Part shown: one piece after another, positions 1-9,149 of the stretch
Position numbering within the stretch: the stretch's first letter is position 1
How the letters are laid out: the number at the start of each line of letters is the position of its first letter
Assembly (NCBI GenBank): GCA_963783305.1
Contig: CAWAMW010000015.1
Span: 160,001-224,000, forward strand
Source: an uncultured Gemmatimonadales bacterium
Lineage (GTDB): Bacteria > Gemmatimonadota > Gemmatimonadetes > Longimicrobiales > RSA9
Length of the DNA stretch: 64,000 nt
Direction: 5' to 3'
The notes under the pieces: generated by a model
What the model was told of the DNA's origin: nothing
The model's input: only the letters and a program-made list of their open reading frames with translations
The model's database searches: none
Program-made: the position numbers and the translations under genes

Positions 1-909
1 GAGGAGCACCCAGGCGACGGCCGTGACCAGGAAGAGCCGCAGCAGGACTTCGTCCACGAGCGCCGTTCCCATGGCACTCACGAGCCCCGGCGCACCGGCG
101 CCGTAGGCGGCCTCGTAGAAGGGCAGCGCGATGAGCGCCATCACCACTCCCACGACCAGCGCGATCGCCACACTTACCACCGCCTCACCACGACCGCCGA
201 ACGCCACCGCCGGGCGCCGCACCGGAAGCCGGTCCATGAGCCCCAGCGACAGCGTCACCAGGGGACCGGCCAGCCACAGCGTGGCCGCCAGCGCCAGCAG
301 CACGGCCCCTACGGGGGTGACCCGCAGCGGCAACCCCCAGATCTGCGGCTGCTCCGACAGGAACACCGCCATCAAGCCCCCGAAAAGCGCCGCCACCAGG
401 AGCGTTGCCGCCCGCGCGTTCGACCACCCGCTGTAGGCGCTGCGCAGCGCCCCCCAACCCTGCTCCGCCGCAAGCGTCACCAGCGTCAGCCCGGCGAGCC
501 AGGCCACCCCACACCCCACGATCGCCGCCGTCTTGGCCGCGTACAGCGCCACCGCCGTCATCGCGATCCACCCCGCAACCAGCCACGCTACCAGCAGTGC
601 CGGAATCGCATAGGCCGCTCCCATGGCTATCGCTCCCACCGACTGACGCAGCGGCATCCCCTTCGGGCGCCCCATCCACCCCAGCACCGCACCGTGAACG
701 AATCCCAGCGAGGCACCCACCACGAACAGCCCCGTGCACGTCAACAATAGCGCGTGCCCGCTCAACTGACCCGTCAGTGTCATGGCCGCCACCAGGAACC
801 CACCCACAAGGATCCCCCCCGCCGCCGCCCACGCCACCGCCACCTTGCCGGGGACAGCAAGCCCCCGGGTCAGCGTCCGTCCATCCATCCGCGTTTTCTC
901 CATGGCCAT
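1..909 (-). CDS. Multi-pass membrane protein, 3'-partial; possibly CPBP/Abi (CAAX protease-like) domain at window edge
   Basis: Hand-translated, absent from ORF track: MAMEKTRMDGRTLTRGLAVPGKVAVAWAAAGGILVGG...TALVDEVLLRLFLVTAVAWVLL, open to position 1. Many hydrophobic segments; GAGG upstream of ATG 909; DEVLLR resembles CPBP motif 1 (EExxxR). Confidence 0.6.
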   Translation of the reverse strand, partial: MAMEKTRMDGRTLTRGLAVPGKVAVAWAAAGGILVGGFLVAAMTLTGQLSGHALLLTCTGLFVVGASLGFVHGAVLGWMGRPKGMPLRQSVGAIAMGAAYAIPALLVAWLVAGWIAMTAVALYAAKTAAIVGCGVAWLAGLTLVTLAAEQGWGALRSAYSGWSNARAATLLVAALFGGLMAVFLSEQPQIWGLPLRVTPVGAVLLALAATLWLAGPLVTLSLGLMDRLPVRRPAVAFGGRGEAVVSVAIALVVGVVMALIALPFYEAAYGAGAPGLVSAMGTALVDEVLLRLFLVTAVAWVLL

Positions 910-1310
910 GCCCCGTCCTCTTCTGGGTTCTACCCCGCCCCATCGCGGGCTCTCATTCACCTCTCTCCAATACAAGGACGGGACCACTCGCTCACAAATC
1001 CGCTAACTGCTCTGATACCATACGCTTACGAGATTCAAGCCCGCTCCGCGTGCGGCTAGAATACCCGGCCTACGCGCGCTTTCGCGCACCCCCGACGCGC
1101 ACTTTCGCGCACGAGGCGCGGAGCCGAGCCGGCGGCCTGAGCCGTGGATGCAGGGGCTCGCAGACGGCGCGAGCACCTGGAGGCGGTCGGGAGGTCGGAA
1201 GGAAACGACGCCCCTGGACTGCGGGCGTTCGGATCCGCTCTCAGGGAATCAGCCGCTGCCGTGCCGTTTTCGGGGTGGACGGAAGGCCGGCATTGAGCGC
1301 CGGCCTGCGC

Positions 1311-1787
1311 TCAGCCAGACGGCAGACGAGTGGAGTCGGTGACTTCCTGCCGGAGTTGATCGACGAGGTAGTGTGCGGCGGCGTCGATCTGTCGCGGCGT
1401 AAGGCCGGCAACGCCCCAGGTGGGCATTCCCTCGTGGCCGGTGAAGACGAACCGACGTACAGCCTCGGGGTCGTCGGCGAAGCGCCAGTCGGGCTCGACG
1501 AGCGACGGCACTTCGAGATCCCGGTTGCGGGCGTATTCGGTGTCGCCGCGGCCGAGGGGTCCATGGCACCGGCGGCACTCGTCGGCGAAGACGAGGTTGC
1601 CGGCCTGCATCCGCTCCGCGTTGGAGCTCCAGGTGAGGGTGTCGAACAGCTCTTCGGAGAAGATCGAGTCTGCCGCGGCGACGCGGGCTTCGCGGTCGGG
1701 CGGGTGGAACTCGTGACCTTCGCACGCGCCGAGGGCGGCGGCGCCCAGGACGAGGAGGGCGAGAGGTGTGGCGAGTCGGCCGGTCAT
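1311..1787 (-). CDS. Monoheme c-type cytochrome lipoprotein
   Basis: Start MTGRLATPLALLVLGAAALGAC (lipobox); single CRRCH; distal Met in HEGMPTW; ATGA overlap with upstream stop at 1784-1787. Confidence 0.85.
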   Translation of the reverse strand: MTGRLATPLALLVLGAAALGACEGHEFHPPDREARVAAADSIFSEELFDTLTWSSNAERMQAGNLVFADECRRCHGPLGRGDTEYARNRDLEVPSLVEPDWRFADDPEAVRRFVFTGHEGMPTWGVAGLTPRQIDAAAHYLVDQLRQEVTDSTRLPSG

Positions 1788-2161
1788 GGCGTGGTCGTGT
1801 CGTCGGGATGCATCAGGCTGGCCCCGGGCGCCAGCGACTGTGCGCGATCCATGGCCTCCTGTGCATCGTCGGCGTTCCCGAGGGCCAGGTTGGCCATGTA
1901 GATGCCGAACCATGCGGCCGCCACCTCTTCGCCGAGCTCGGCGGCTCGGCGGTAGTGGCGGAGCGCCGCCTCGTAGTCCTCTTCGCGGTAAGCGACGTTG
2001 CCGCTGTCCAGTGCGGCCGTCACCGCCGGGTCGAGCGAATCCCGCGAGTGCTGCACTTCCTCCCGGCTGATGCTCCCGGTCTCCTGGTCATCGCCCGGAT
2101 CACACGCGGTGAGGATCAGGCTGGCGACGATCCCTGCGACTACGATGGCTCTCGCGCTCAT
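1784..2161 (-). CDS. TPR-repeat lipoprotein
   Basis: Lipobox ILTAC; TPR-like helices GNVAYREEDYEAALRHYRRAAEL and AAAWFGIYMANLALG; ATGA overlaps on both sides. Confidence 0.8.
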   Translation of the reverse strand: MSARAIVVAGIVASLILTACDPGDDQETGSISREEVQHSRDSLDPAVTAALDSGNVAYREEDYEAALRHYRRAAELGEEVAAAWFGIYMANLALGNADDAQEAMDRAQSLAPGASLMHPDDTTTP

Positions 2162-3978
2162 GGCTGTGCGGGGTTGAAGGCGGTTCCGGCCTGCGCCGTC
2201 CGCGGACGGGGCAGTGTATGGCAGCTTTCACAGTTCCGGCCAGGCCTGTGGTCCACCAGGTCCTGGTGACAGACCAGGCAGAAGTCGCGCGTTCGGGGCA
2301 CGTTCCGCACGGGCGCGGGGATGGCCGTGTGGCACCCGGACCCGGCGCAGCCGAGGTGGACCTGGAGATCGTGGGCATTGGCCGAGGGCTCCACATGACA
2401 CGACTTGCAGTCGGTGGTCGGCTGGTGGTGCTCGGTATGGCACCCGGAGCAGCTCACCGCGGCAGCCGAGAGCGCCAGCCCTTCGGTGTGACAGCGGGCG
2501 CAGTCCAGCTGTCCGTGCGTAGCGTGGTCGAATGGCAGCGATCGGGTCGGCCGGTTCAAGGATCCGACCGTGATATTCATGCGGCGCCGAACCGTGGCCG
2601 TCAGCCGTCGGACGTCGCCCCGGCTGTGGCAGCGCTGACAGTCCGCGGCCACGGGCTCCGTGTGATGGCACGAGCGGCAGTCTCCGAGGCTCGCTACCGT
2701 CAGACCGCCGTGCGTGGTCTTCATGCTATGGCAGGCAGTGCACTCCACACCGCGGTGCTCCGCGTGCCAGAATCGTACGGTATCCTGCGCTGCCGTCTGA
2801 GGCGGCACAGCCGCCGACGGCTCCGCGAAAGCCTCGGATTCCGTCGGGCTGTGCGAGGCCAGGGCGAGCCGGATCAGGGCGGGGTCCACCGCCCCCGCGG
2901 AGGCCAGCCGCACCCCCCGGACGGGCTCGGTGACGACGGCTTCCCCATCGGCAGCCATGCCGTCCAGTGCCAGGCCTACACGATCCGGGTGACCTGAACC
3001 GCTGATTCTCCCTCCGGGCGCATCCTCGTAGATGTCGCTGTGGCACTCCAGGCAGTTCTGTCCCGCGCCGTGTATCCTGAACTGATGGGCCTCGTGGCAC
3101 GTGGTGCAGTTCTCGAGAACACCGGTGTCCAGCCCCTGATGGAAGGGCGTCAACGTGTCGGGCGCCGCGTGGCACCCGCCCGTTGCGCACGTCTGCACCG
3201 CCTGCTGCGGCGTGGTCTGCTCATGCGGGTTGTGACACGCTCCACACTCGGCGTTGTGGGGCTCGTCCGCCGGCAGGTTCGGCAGCATCGACCGCATCTG
3301 ATGACAGCTCAGGCACTCCGACGCCTCGGGCCGGAGGGAGCTCGCAACCTCCGTGGCCGACTCGTCGACGGGGACCGGCCGGGCAAAGTCGTGGCAGGTG
3401 GCGCAGTGGATCGTCAGGTCGGCCATCTTGCCGAGCCGGATCTCCGTGGTTTCGTGGCAGCCGCCCTGCCCACACGTCTGGTCCGTGGGCGTGAACTGAT
3501 GCACGCCGCTCGAGTGGCACTCCACGCAGTTCAGCCCCTGGAGCACCGGGTCGTCGGATTCCAGGTGGATCCGGTGACCCGCCGTATTCGCCACCATCCG
3601 CCACTCTTCCGGATTGCCGTCGATGTGGCACTCGGCACAGACTTCGTTCGGCACATGCGCATGCACGCGGATCGAGTCCGGGTTCTCGACGATCTGGGCC
3701 AGGCCCATCCCGCTCCGCTCCATGATGTTCGGCCGATGGCAAGCCTTGCAGCCGAGCCCCCTGTGTGCGCTCTTGGCGAACTGCTCGAAGGGGTCCTCCA
3801 TCAGGTGGCACTCGAGGCAGAACTGGTTGTCGTGCTGCACGTAGTCGTAGGCCTCGTACATGAGCACCGAGGCCACGCCGACCACGGCGAGCAGGACCGT
3901 ACCCAGCACCACTTTGAAACCGGTGGGGAGGGTGAGGATCCGATGGGCGACGTCCGATAACAGCGATCCTAATTTCAT
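2158..3978 (-). CDS. Large multiheme c-type cytochrome (~20 hemes), N-terminal NapC/NirT-like membrane anchor
   Basis: 17 CxxCH plus 3 CxxxxCH counted by eye; N-terminal TM helix followed by NQFCLECH; FxHxxH class III-type motifs in C-terminal half. Confidence 0.9.
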   Translation of the reverse strand: MKLGSLLSDVAHRILTLPTGFKVVLGTVLLAVVGVASVLMYEAYDYVQHDNQFCLECHLMEDPFEQFAKSAHRGLGCKACHRPNIMERSGMGLAQIVENPDSIRVHAHVPNEVCAECHIDGNPEEWRMVANTAGHRIHLESDDPVLQGLNCVECHSSGVHQFTPTDQTCGQGGCHETTEIRLGKMADLTIHCATCHDFARPVPVDESATEVASSLRPEASECLSCHQMRSMLPNLPADEPHNAECGACHNPHEQTTPQQAVQTCATGGCHAAPDTLTPFHQGLDTGVLENCTTCHEAHQFRIHGAGQNCLECHSDIYEDAPGGRISGSGHPDRVGLALDGMAADGEAVVTEPVRGVRLASAGAVDPALIRLALASHSPTESEAFAEPSAAVPPQTAAQDTVRFWHAEHRGVECTACHSMKTTHGGLTVASLGDCRSCHHTEPVAADCQRCHSRGDVRRLTATVRRRMNITVGSLNRPTRSLPFDHATHGQLDCARCHTEGLALSAAAVSCSGCHTEHHQPTTDCKSCHVEPSANAHDLQVHLGCAGSGCHTAIPAPVRNVPRTRDFCLVCHQDLVDHRPGRNCESCHTLPRPRTAQAGTAFNPAQP

Positions 3979-4191
3979 GCTCCCGAACCTAGGTCGCTCT
4001 CGGCCGGATTGCCAAGTGGGGAATTTCTTGATCTTCCTGTACGGAGATCACCACGCCGCAATTCTCTGGGTCTTTCGCCCTGCACATCGTGGCGATCCCC
4101 GCGTAGGATCAGCGGCGTCGCCTCCCCGCCTGCCAGCGTGAGGGCCCAACCATGGATCATCACCTGCGTTGCACCCCGGGAGAGAATGAAG

Positions 4192-4264
4192 TGGGCCGGG
4201 AGGGGCTCGAACCCTCGACCGTTGGATTAAAAGTCCACTGCTCTGCCAGCTGAGCTACCGGCCC
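4192..4264 (-). tRNA. tRNA-Lys(UUU)
   Basis: GGGCCGG TAGCTCAGCTGGCAGAGCA GTGGA CT TTT AA TCCAA...GGTTCGAGCCC...CCGGCCC A; CCA not encoded. Confidence 0.95.
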
Positions 4265-4389
4265 CTGTCTCCTGCCATCCCGCACCCGCACGCGGGAGCC
4301 GGCGGTCCGACCCCCGAAGATCGAGCCGGCGTCGTGGTCCGTCAACTTCCGCGACCGTCGACCAGCCGTACGCACACAGCGCCCGCAGA

Positions 4390-6327
4390 TCAGCTCCCTG
4401 GCCAGCCCAGAACGGCGTCGATGCTGTTTCGCGAGATCGGATGGTACATGGGACGCGCCTGGCGATAGATATCGACCGCCAGCGCGCGACCCCACTCCGT
4501 CTCCGCAAGCTGCTGATAGAGCGGCTGCAGGAACTTCCTCCGGCCCTGACCGACCAGGAACGATTCCAGCGCGCCGAACGCCGGCTCGTACCGGTTCTCG
4601 ATGGCGATCATGAGCCAGCTGAACAACACTTCGCTGTTGCCGCTGGACGTGAAGCCGTACGTATCATCCAGCGCGCGCATCCGCTCGGCCGAGAGATCGT
4701 CCGGCAGTGACCCGAGGAAGTGCAGCCACTCGTGTGTGCTCCACCCCTCCGTCGCCAGCTCGCGCGGCGGCGTTCCCTCCAGCAGCCGCGCGACCTCGTG
4801 CTCCACGCGTGTGAACGCCTGCGACTCCACCGGCGCCATGTTCTCCGGTAGACCCGGTTCGTACGCCCACGTTTCGGGCTGGATCGCCGTCCTCCACGCC
4901 GGGTTCTCCTCGAGCAGGTGCTCGTCCAGATAGTCGAGGAAACGCTCCGTCGTCATGGGCTCGAACGCGTGGGCATCGAAGTACTGCCGCAGGAAACGAT
5001 CGAACCGCTCCCGACCCACCACGTTCTCTATGGTCCGGAGGAAGGCCGCGCCCTTGTCGTAGGCGATGGCCGTCATCCCCTCGTCCGGATCCCGGTCCAC
5101 CAGGTCCAGGTGCAGGATCGTCTCGGGCGACTCGTAGCCGCCCAGGTCCCCCTCGATCTCCGACCGCAGCCCCGCCCGACCCAGTGACTCCAGCATGCGG
5201 GCGTACTCCGGCCCAGAGAGGGCCTCCATGATCCGGTTCTCGAAATACACGGTGAAGCCCTCGTTCAGCCAGAAATCGCTCCACGTGGCGTTGGTCACCA
5301 GGTTGCCCGACCAGGAATGGGCGAGCTCGTGCGCGATCAGACTGACCAGCGACCGGTCGCCCGCCAGGATCGTGGGCGTGGCGAACGTCAGCCGCGGGTT
5401 CTCCATCCCGCCGAACGGGAACGACGGAGGGAGCACGAGCACGTCATAGCGGCCCCAGCGATACGGGCCGTACAGCGACTCGGCCGCTTTCAGCATGTCC
5501 TCCATCTCACCGAACTCGTACGCCGCCGCCTCCACCACCGCGGGCTCCGCGTACACGCCCGTGCGGGGACCCACCTTCCGGAACTCCAGCTCACCCACCG
5601 CGAGCGCAATCAGGTAGGGCGGGATCGGCTTGTCCATCTCGAACGCGTACACCCGCCCGAGATCCGTCGCCTCCCCGCCTGGCGTGAGCATCTCCGCGCT
5701 CATCACCGCCACGAGATCGTCCGGCACCGTGATGGTGGCACTGTACGTCTGCCGGATCCCCGGGCTGTCCTGCGTCGGGATCCAGGTGCGTGTCAGGATC
5801 GCCTGCCCCTGCGTGAACAGGAACGGCGAGCCGCTCGTGGTCTGCTCGGGCCCGAGCCACTGCACCGCCGCCGCGTCCTCGCCGGTGCGGTAGTGCACCT
5901 CGATCTGGTCCACGCCCCGCGGCAGTCGGATCCGGAGCGGACGTCCGAGGTACTCCACGGGGTCACCCAGCTCCCACGTGAGCGCGTCACCCAGCGGGGT
6001 CGTGACCGCCCGGATGTCCAGCCCGCGCGTGTCCAGCACCAGCTCCTCCGCTTCCGGAAGCCGGTCCAGCGTGAGGGTCGCCGCGCCCGCCAGCACCTGC
6101 TCATCGAAGTCCACCGCCAGCCGCAGGTCGACATGGCGCACCCGCGCCTCCTCCGGGTTCGCGAACGAGTGCGGATCCGCCGGCAGCCGCGGCTCCAGCG
6201 CCACGCGCTCCGCGATTCCGCCGCCCGCCGACCCTGCCGGCACCACCGGCTCCAGCTCCGCAGCCCCGGCACACGCCGCCATGCCCAGTGTCAGCAGCAC
6301 TCCCATCGAACCGCACGCCTTCCTCAT
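4390..6327 (-). CDS. M1 family aminopeptidase (leukotriene A4 hydrolase-like), probable lipoprotein
   Basis: GGMEN, HELAH and WLNEG motifs; AYDKG; N-terminal LLTLGMAAC. Confidence 0.92.
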   Translation of the reverse strand: MRKACGSMGVLLTLGMAACAGAAELEPVVPAGSAGGGIAERVALEPRLPADPHSFANPEEARVRHVDLRLAVDFDEQVLAGAATLTLDRLPEAEELVLDTRGLDIRAVTTPLGDALTWELGDPVEYLGRPLRIRLPRGVDQIEVHYRTGEDAAAVQWLGPEQTTSGSPFLFTQGQAILTRTWIPTQDSPGIRQTYSATITVPDDLVAVMSAEMLTPGGEATDLGRVYAFEMDKPIPPYLIALAVGELEFRKVGPRTGVYAEPAVVEAAAYEFGEMEDMLKAAESLYGPYRWGRYDVLVLPPSFPFGGMENPRLTFATPTILAGDRSLVSLIAHELAHSWSGNLVTNATWSDFWLNEGFTVYFENRIMEALSGPEYARMLESLGRAGLRSEIEGDLGGYESPETILHLDLVDRDPDEGMTAIAYDKGAAFLRTIENVVGRERFDRFLRQYFDAHAFEPMTTERFLDYLDEHLLEENPAWRTAIQPETWAYEPGLPENMAPVESQAFTRVEHEVARLLEGTPPRELATEGWSTHEWLHFLGSLPDDLSAERMRALDDTYGFTSSGNSEVLFSWLMIAIENRYEPAFGALESFLVGQGRRKFLQPLYQQLAETEWGRALAVDIYRQARPMYHPISRNSIDAVLGWPGS

Positions 6328-6393
6328 GTCCGTTCCTTTCCGTATCTCCGTCCGCCGCCCGCCTGTCTCCTGCCTCCACCGGCCCTGGAGCTG

Positions 6394-6858
6394 CTAGTCC
6401 GGGCCCCGATCCCTCACACCGACCTCCGGCGAATCACTGATCTCGGCCGACCGGATCCGGGCACCCCGCGTGCCGATCCAGCAACCCGTCACCGCCGCCA
6501 GCACCTGGATCAGCACCACCACAATGGTGGACTCAGGTGTGAGACCCGTCCACTCGTCCACCCCCCAGCCGATGACCACGGCCGCGTTCAGCGCGGCCCA
6601 CGCCACCAGAGACATGAGCCCCAGCGCGATGCCGTGGAGGATGGGCGCTTCCAGAGTGCGCACCCCCGTGAACCAGCCGCCGGCGAGGAATCCAACCGCC
6701 ACGGCGAGGACGGCCCAGACAGCGTCGTTCTCCGTCGCTCCACCCATGAGCCCGAGGACGATGAAGCCGAAAACCGCAACGGACGTGACCGCCACCGATA
6801 CCAGCCAGCCGCTCGCGACCCGGCCGGGATGTACGTTCTGGAGGTGCTCGGTATGCAT
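6394..6858 (-). CDS. Small 4-TM membrane protein, hypothetical
   Basis: MHTEHLQNVHPGRV start just after rnhB stop; four hydrophobic segments; PILHG motif. Confidence 0.7.
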   Translation of the reverse strand: MHTEHLQNVHPGRVASGWLVSVAVTSVAVFGFIVLGLMGGATENDAVWAVLAVAVGFLAGGWFTGVRTLEAPILHGIALGLMSLVAWAALNAAVVIGWGVDEWTGLTPESTIVVVLIQVLAAVTGCWIGTRGARIRSAEISDSPEVGVRDRGPD

Positions 6859-6866
6859 GAGGATCC

Positions 6867-7511
6867 TCAGCTCAGGTCGAGGGACATCTGCACGGGAACG
6901 AAAGACCGCCGGTGATGGGGCGTCGGGCCGCGCTCGGCCAGCGCCGTCACGTGTTCCGGAGTGCCGTAGCCCACGTTCGTCTGCCAGCCGTACTCCGGAT
7001 AGCGGAGGGCGAGGCGCTTCATGAGCCGGTCCCGCGTGGTCTTGGCGACGATCGACGCGCACGCGATGGTAAACGACTTCGAGTCCCCTTCCACCACCGC
7101 CGTGTGCTCATCGCCCAGCTCCGCTACCGGCAGCCCGTCCACCAGGATGTGGTCGGGCGCCCTGGAAAGGTGGCTGAGCGCCCGCCGCATCGCCAGGTGC
7201 GTCGCCCGCAGGATATTGAGCCGATCCACCTCGGCCGGACTCGCCGCCCCCACCCCAATGCAGAGAGCCCGCCGCCGGATCTCGGCGACGAGCTCTTCAC
7301 GTACGGCCTCGCTCAACTTCTTTGAGTCCGTTACCCCCGCGACCCGCACTTCCGGACGAAAGATCACCGCGGCCGCCACCACCGGCCCCGCGAGCGGACC
7401 ACGGCCGACCTCATCGACGCCGGCCACGTGCTCGAGCCCCGCCGCCCAGAGCTCCCGCTCCAAGGTGAGCGGAGCGCCTCGACGCCGTCGATTTCGACCG
7501 CGGACGGCCAC
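6867..7511 (-). CDS. rnhB: Ribonuclease HII (start approximate, GTG)
   Basis: AGVDEVGRGPLAGPVVAAA, DSKKL, VDG, IACASIVAK, GYGT. Confidence 0.93.
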   Translation of the reverse strand: MAVRGRNRRRRGAPLTLERELWAAGLEHVAGVDEVGRGPLAGPVVAAAVIFRPEVRVAGVTDSKKLSEAVREELVAEIRRRALCIGVGAASPAEVDRLNILRATHLAMRRALSHLSRAPDHILVDGLPVAELGDEHTAVVEGDSKSFTIACASIVAKTTRDRLMKRLALRYPEYGWQTNVGYGTPEHVTALAERGPTPHHRRSFVPVQMSLDLS

Positions 7512-7522
7512 GGGCCCGCCGG

Positions 7523-7870
7523 CTAGCGCTGCTGCTTCTCGCGGATCCGCGCAGCCTTGCCCTTTCGGGCCCGCAGGTAGTACAGCTTCGCCCGCCGCAC
7601 GCGGCCGCGACGCACTACCTGGATCGACTCGAGCATCGGCGAGTGCAGCGGGAAGACCCGCTCCACCCCGATCCCCGCGGAGACCTTGCGCACGGTGAAC
7701 GTCTCCGACGCGCCGCTCCCCTTCTTCGCGATGCACACGCCCTCGAACGCCTGCGTGCGCTCCTTCTCGCCCTCACGCACCCGCACGTTCACGCGGACCG
7801 TGTCCCCTGCATCGAACTCCGGCAGGCCGTCCTTGAGCTGCTCGTTCTCGATTTGCTTCACGATGTCCAT
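7523..7870 (-). CDS. rplS: 50S ribosomal protein L19
   Basis: [31 protein letters not shown]. Confidence 0.98.
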   Translation of the reverse strand: MDIVKQIENEQLKDGLPEFDAGDTVRVNVRVREGEKERTQAFEGVCIAKKGSGASETFTVRKVSAGIGVERVFPLHSPMLESIQVVRRGRVRRAKLYYLRARKGKAARIREKQQR

Positions 7871-7874
7871 GGCT

Positions 7875-8558
7875 CTACCCTCGTTCGCTTCGTTCCAGAA
7901 TGTCAGGCCGACGCTCTCGCGTCAGCTCTTCCGCTCGCTCCCGCCGCCACGCCTCGATCCGCGCGTGGTCTCCCGAGAGCAAGACCTCGGGCACCCTGTG
8001 CCCCCTGTACTCCGGCGGCCGTGTGTACGACGGAGCACTCAACAGCCCCGAATCGTAAAAACTGTCACTCGCCGCCGACTCGTGCGTGCCCAGCGCCCCG
8101 GGCTGCAACCGCACCACCGCGTCCGTTACCGCCAGAGCGGCGACCTCGCCGCCGCTCAGGACGAAATCCCCCAGCGACAGCTCTTCCGTCGCCAGCTCGT
8201 TCGCCACCCGCTGGTCCACGTCCTTGTAGTGGCCGCAGAGGAGCGTCAGCTCCGGCTGCACCGCCAGTCGCACCGCGTCATCATGCTCGAATCGCCGGCC
8301 CCGGGCGCTCAACAGTACCACCGGCCCCCCCGACGCCACGTCCTCCACCGCCTCGAAGAACGGCTCCGGCTTCATCACCATCCCCGTCCCTCCACCGTAC
8401 GGCGCGTCATCCACCGTCCGATGCCGATCGTGCGTGTAGTTCCGGAGATCCACCACCCGGTACTCCACCAGCCCCGCCGCGGCCGCGCGCGCCGGGATGC
8501 TCAACGAGAGCGGCCCTTCGAAGAAGCCCGGAAATATGGTGATGATGTTGATTTTCAT
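7875..8558 (-). CDS. trmD: tRNA (guanine-N1)-methyltransferase
   Basis: [44 protein letters not shown]. Confidence 0.96.
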   Translation of the reverse strand: MKINIITIFPGFFEGPLSLSIPARAAAAGLVEYRVVDLRNYTHDRHRTVDDAPYGGGTGMVMKPEPFFEAVEDVASGGPVVLLSARGRRFEHDDAVRLAVQPELTLLCGHYKDVDQRVANELATEELSLGDFVLSGGEVAALAVTDAVVRLQPGALGTHESAASDSFYDSGLLSAPSYTRPPEYRGHRVPEVLLSGDHARIEAWRRERAEELTRERRPDILERSERG

Positions 8559-8600
8559 CCACCCCACCCCCGGAATCTCCGTTCCTCAGGCCCGACCTTC

Positions 8601-9143
8601 CTACAGGTCCAGCAGCCCCTCCGGCGGGTCGATCACCAGCCGGCCCTCCTCCAGCAGCACTGACGTCACGATCCGGCGGTCGAACGGGATCAGGTGCACT
8701 TGCCCCTCCCCCTTCACTTCCAGCAGGTGCCGCGGGTCCGTCTCATATACCTCCCGCACGCGCCCCACAGCCTCGCCGTCCTTGGTCCAGACCTCCAGGC
8801 CCAGCAGCTGGTGGTAGAAGAACTCCCCCTCCTCGGGCTCGCCGCGCTCTGCCGCCGGCACCAGCACGTATCGGCCAGTGAGCGCCTCGGCGTCGTTGCG
8901 ATCGTCGACGCCCTCCAGCTTCGCGATCCAACCCCGCTTGAACGCCCGCGCGTTCTCCAGCAGCCGCTCCATGGGCGCCTTCCCCAGCTTCCCCCGGTCA
9001 TCCCCGACCGTTACCCGCCGGCCCTCCACGAACACCTCTTCCGGCCTGTCCGTGAGCGGCCGGATCAGGAGGTCTCCCTTCGTGCCGTGCGCCTTCGTCA
9101 GGTGTCCCACCACCAGGAACTCGGGATCCTCGACACGCTCCAT
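8601..9143 (-). CDS. rimM: Ribosome maturation factor RimM
   Basis: VGHLTKAHGTKG, DRNDAEAL, FFYHQLLG, LIPF; located between rpsP and trmD. Confidence 0.95.
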   Translation of the reverse strand: MERVEDPEFLVVGHLTKAHGTKGDLLIRPLTDRPEEVFVEGRRVTVGDDRGKLGKAPMERLLENARAFKRGWIAKLEGVDDRNDAEALTGRYVLVPAAERGEPEEGEFFYHQLLGLEVWTKDGEAVGRVREVYETDPRHLLEVKGEGQVHLIPFDRRIVTSVLLEEGRLVIDPPEGLLDL

Positions 9144-9149
9144 CCGCCG

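Noticed and set aside
3979..4264. Genomic island integrated at tRNA-Lys
   Set aside because: No integrase, no duplicated tRNA 3' end noticed in the window, and no evident compositional shift.
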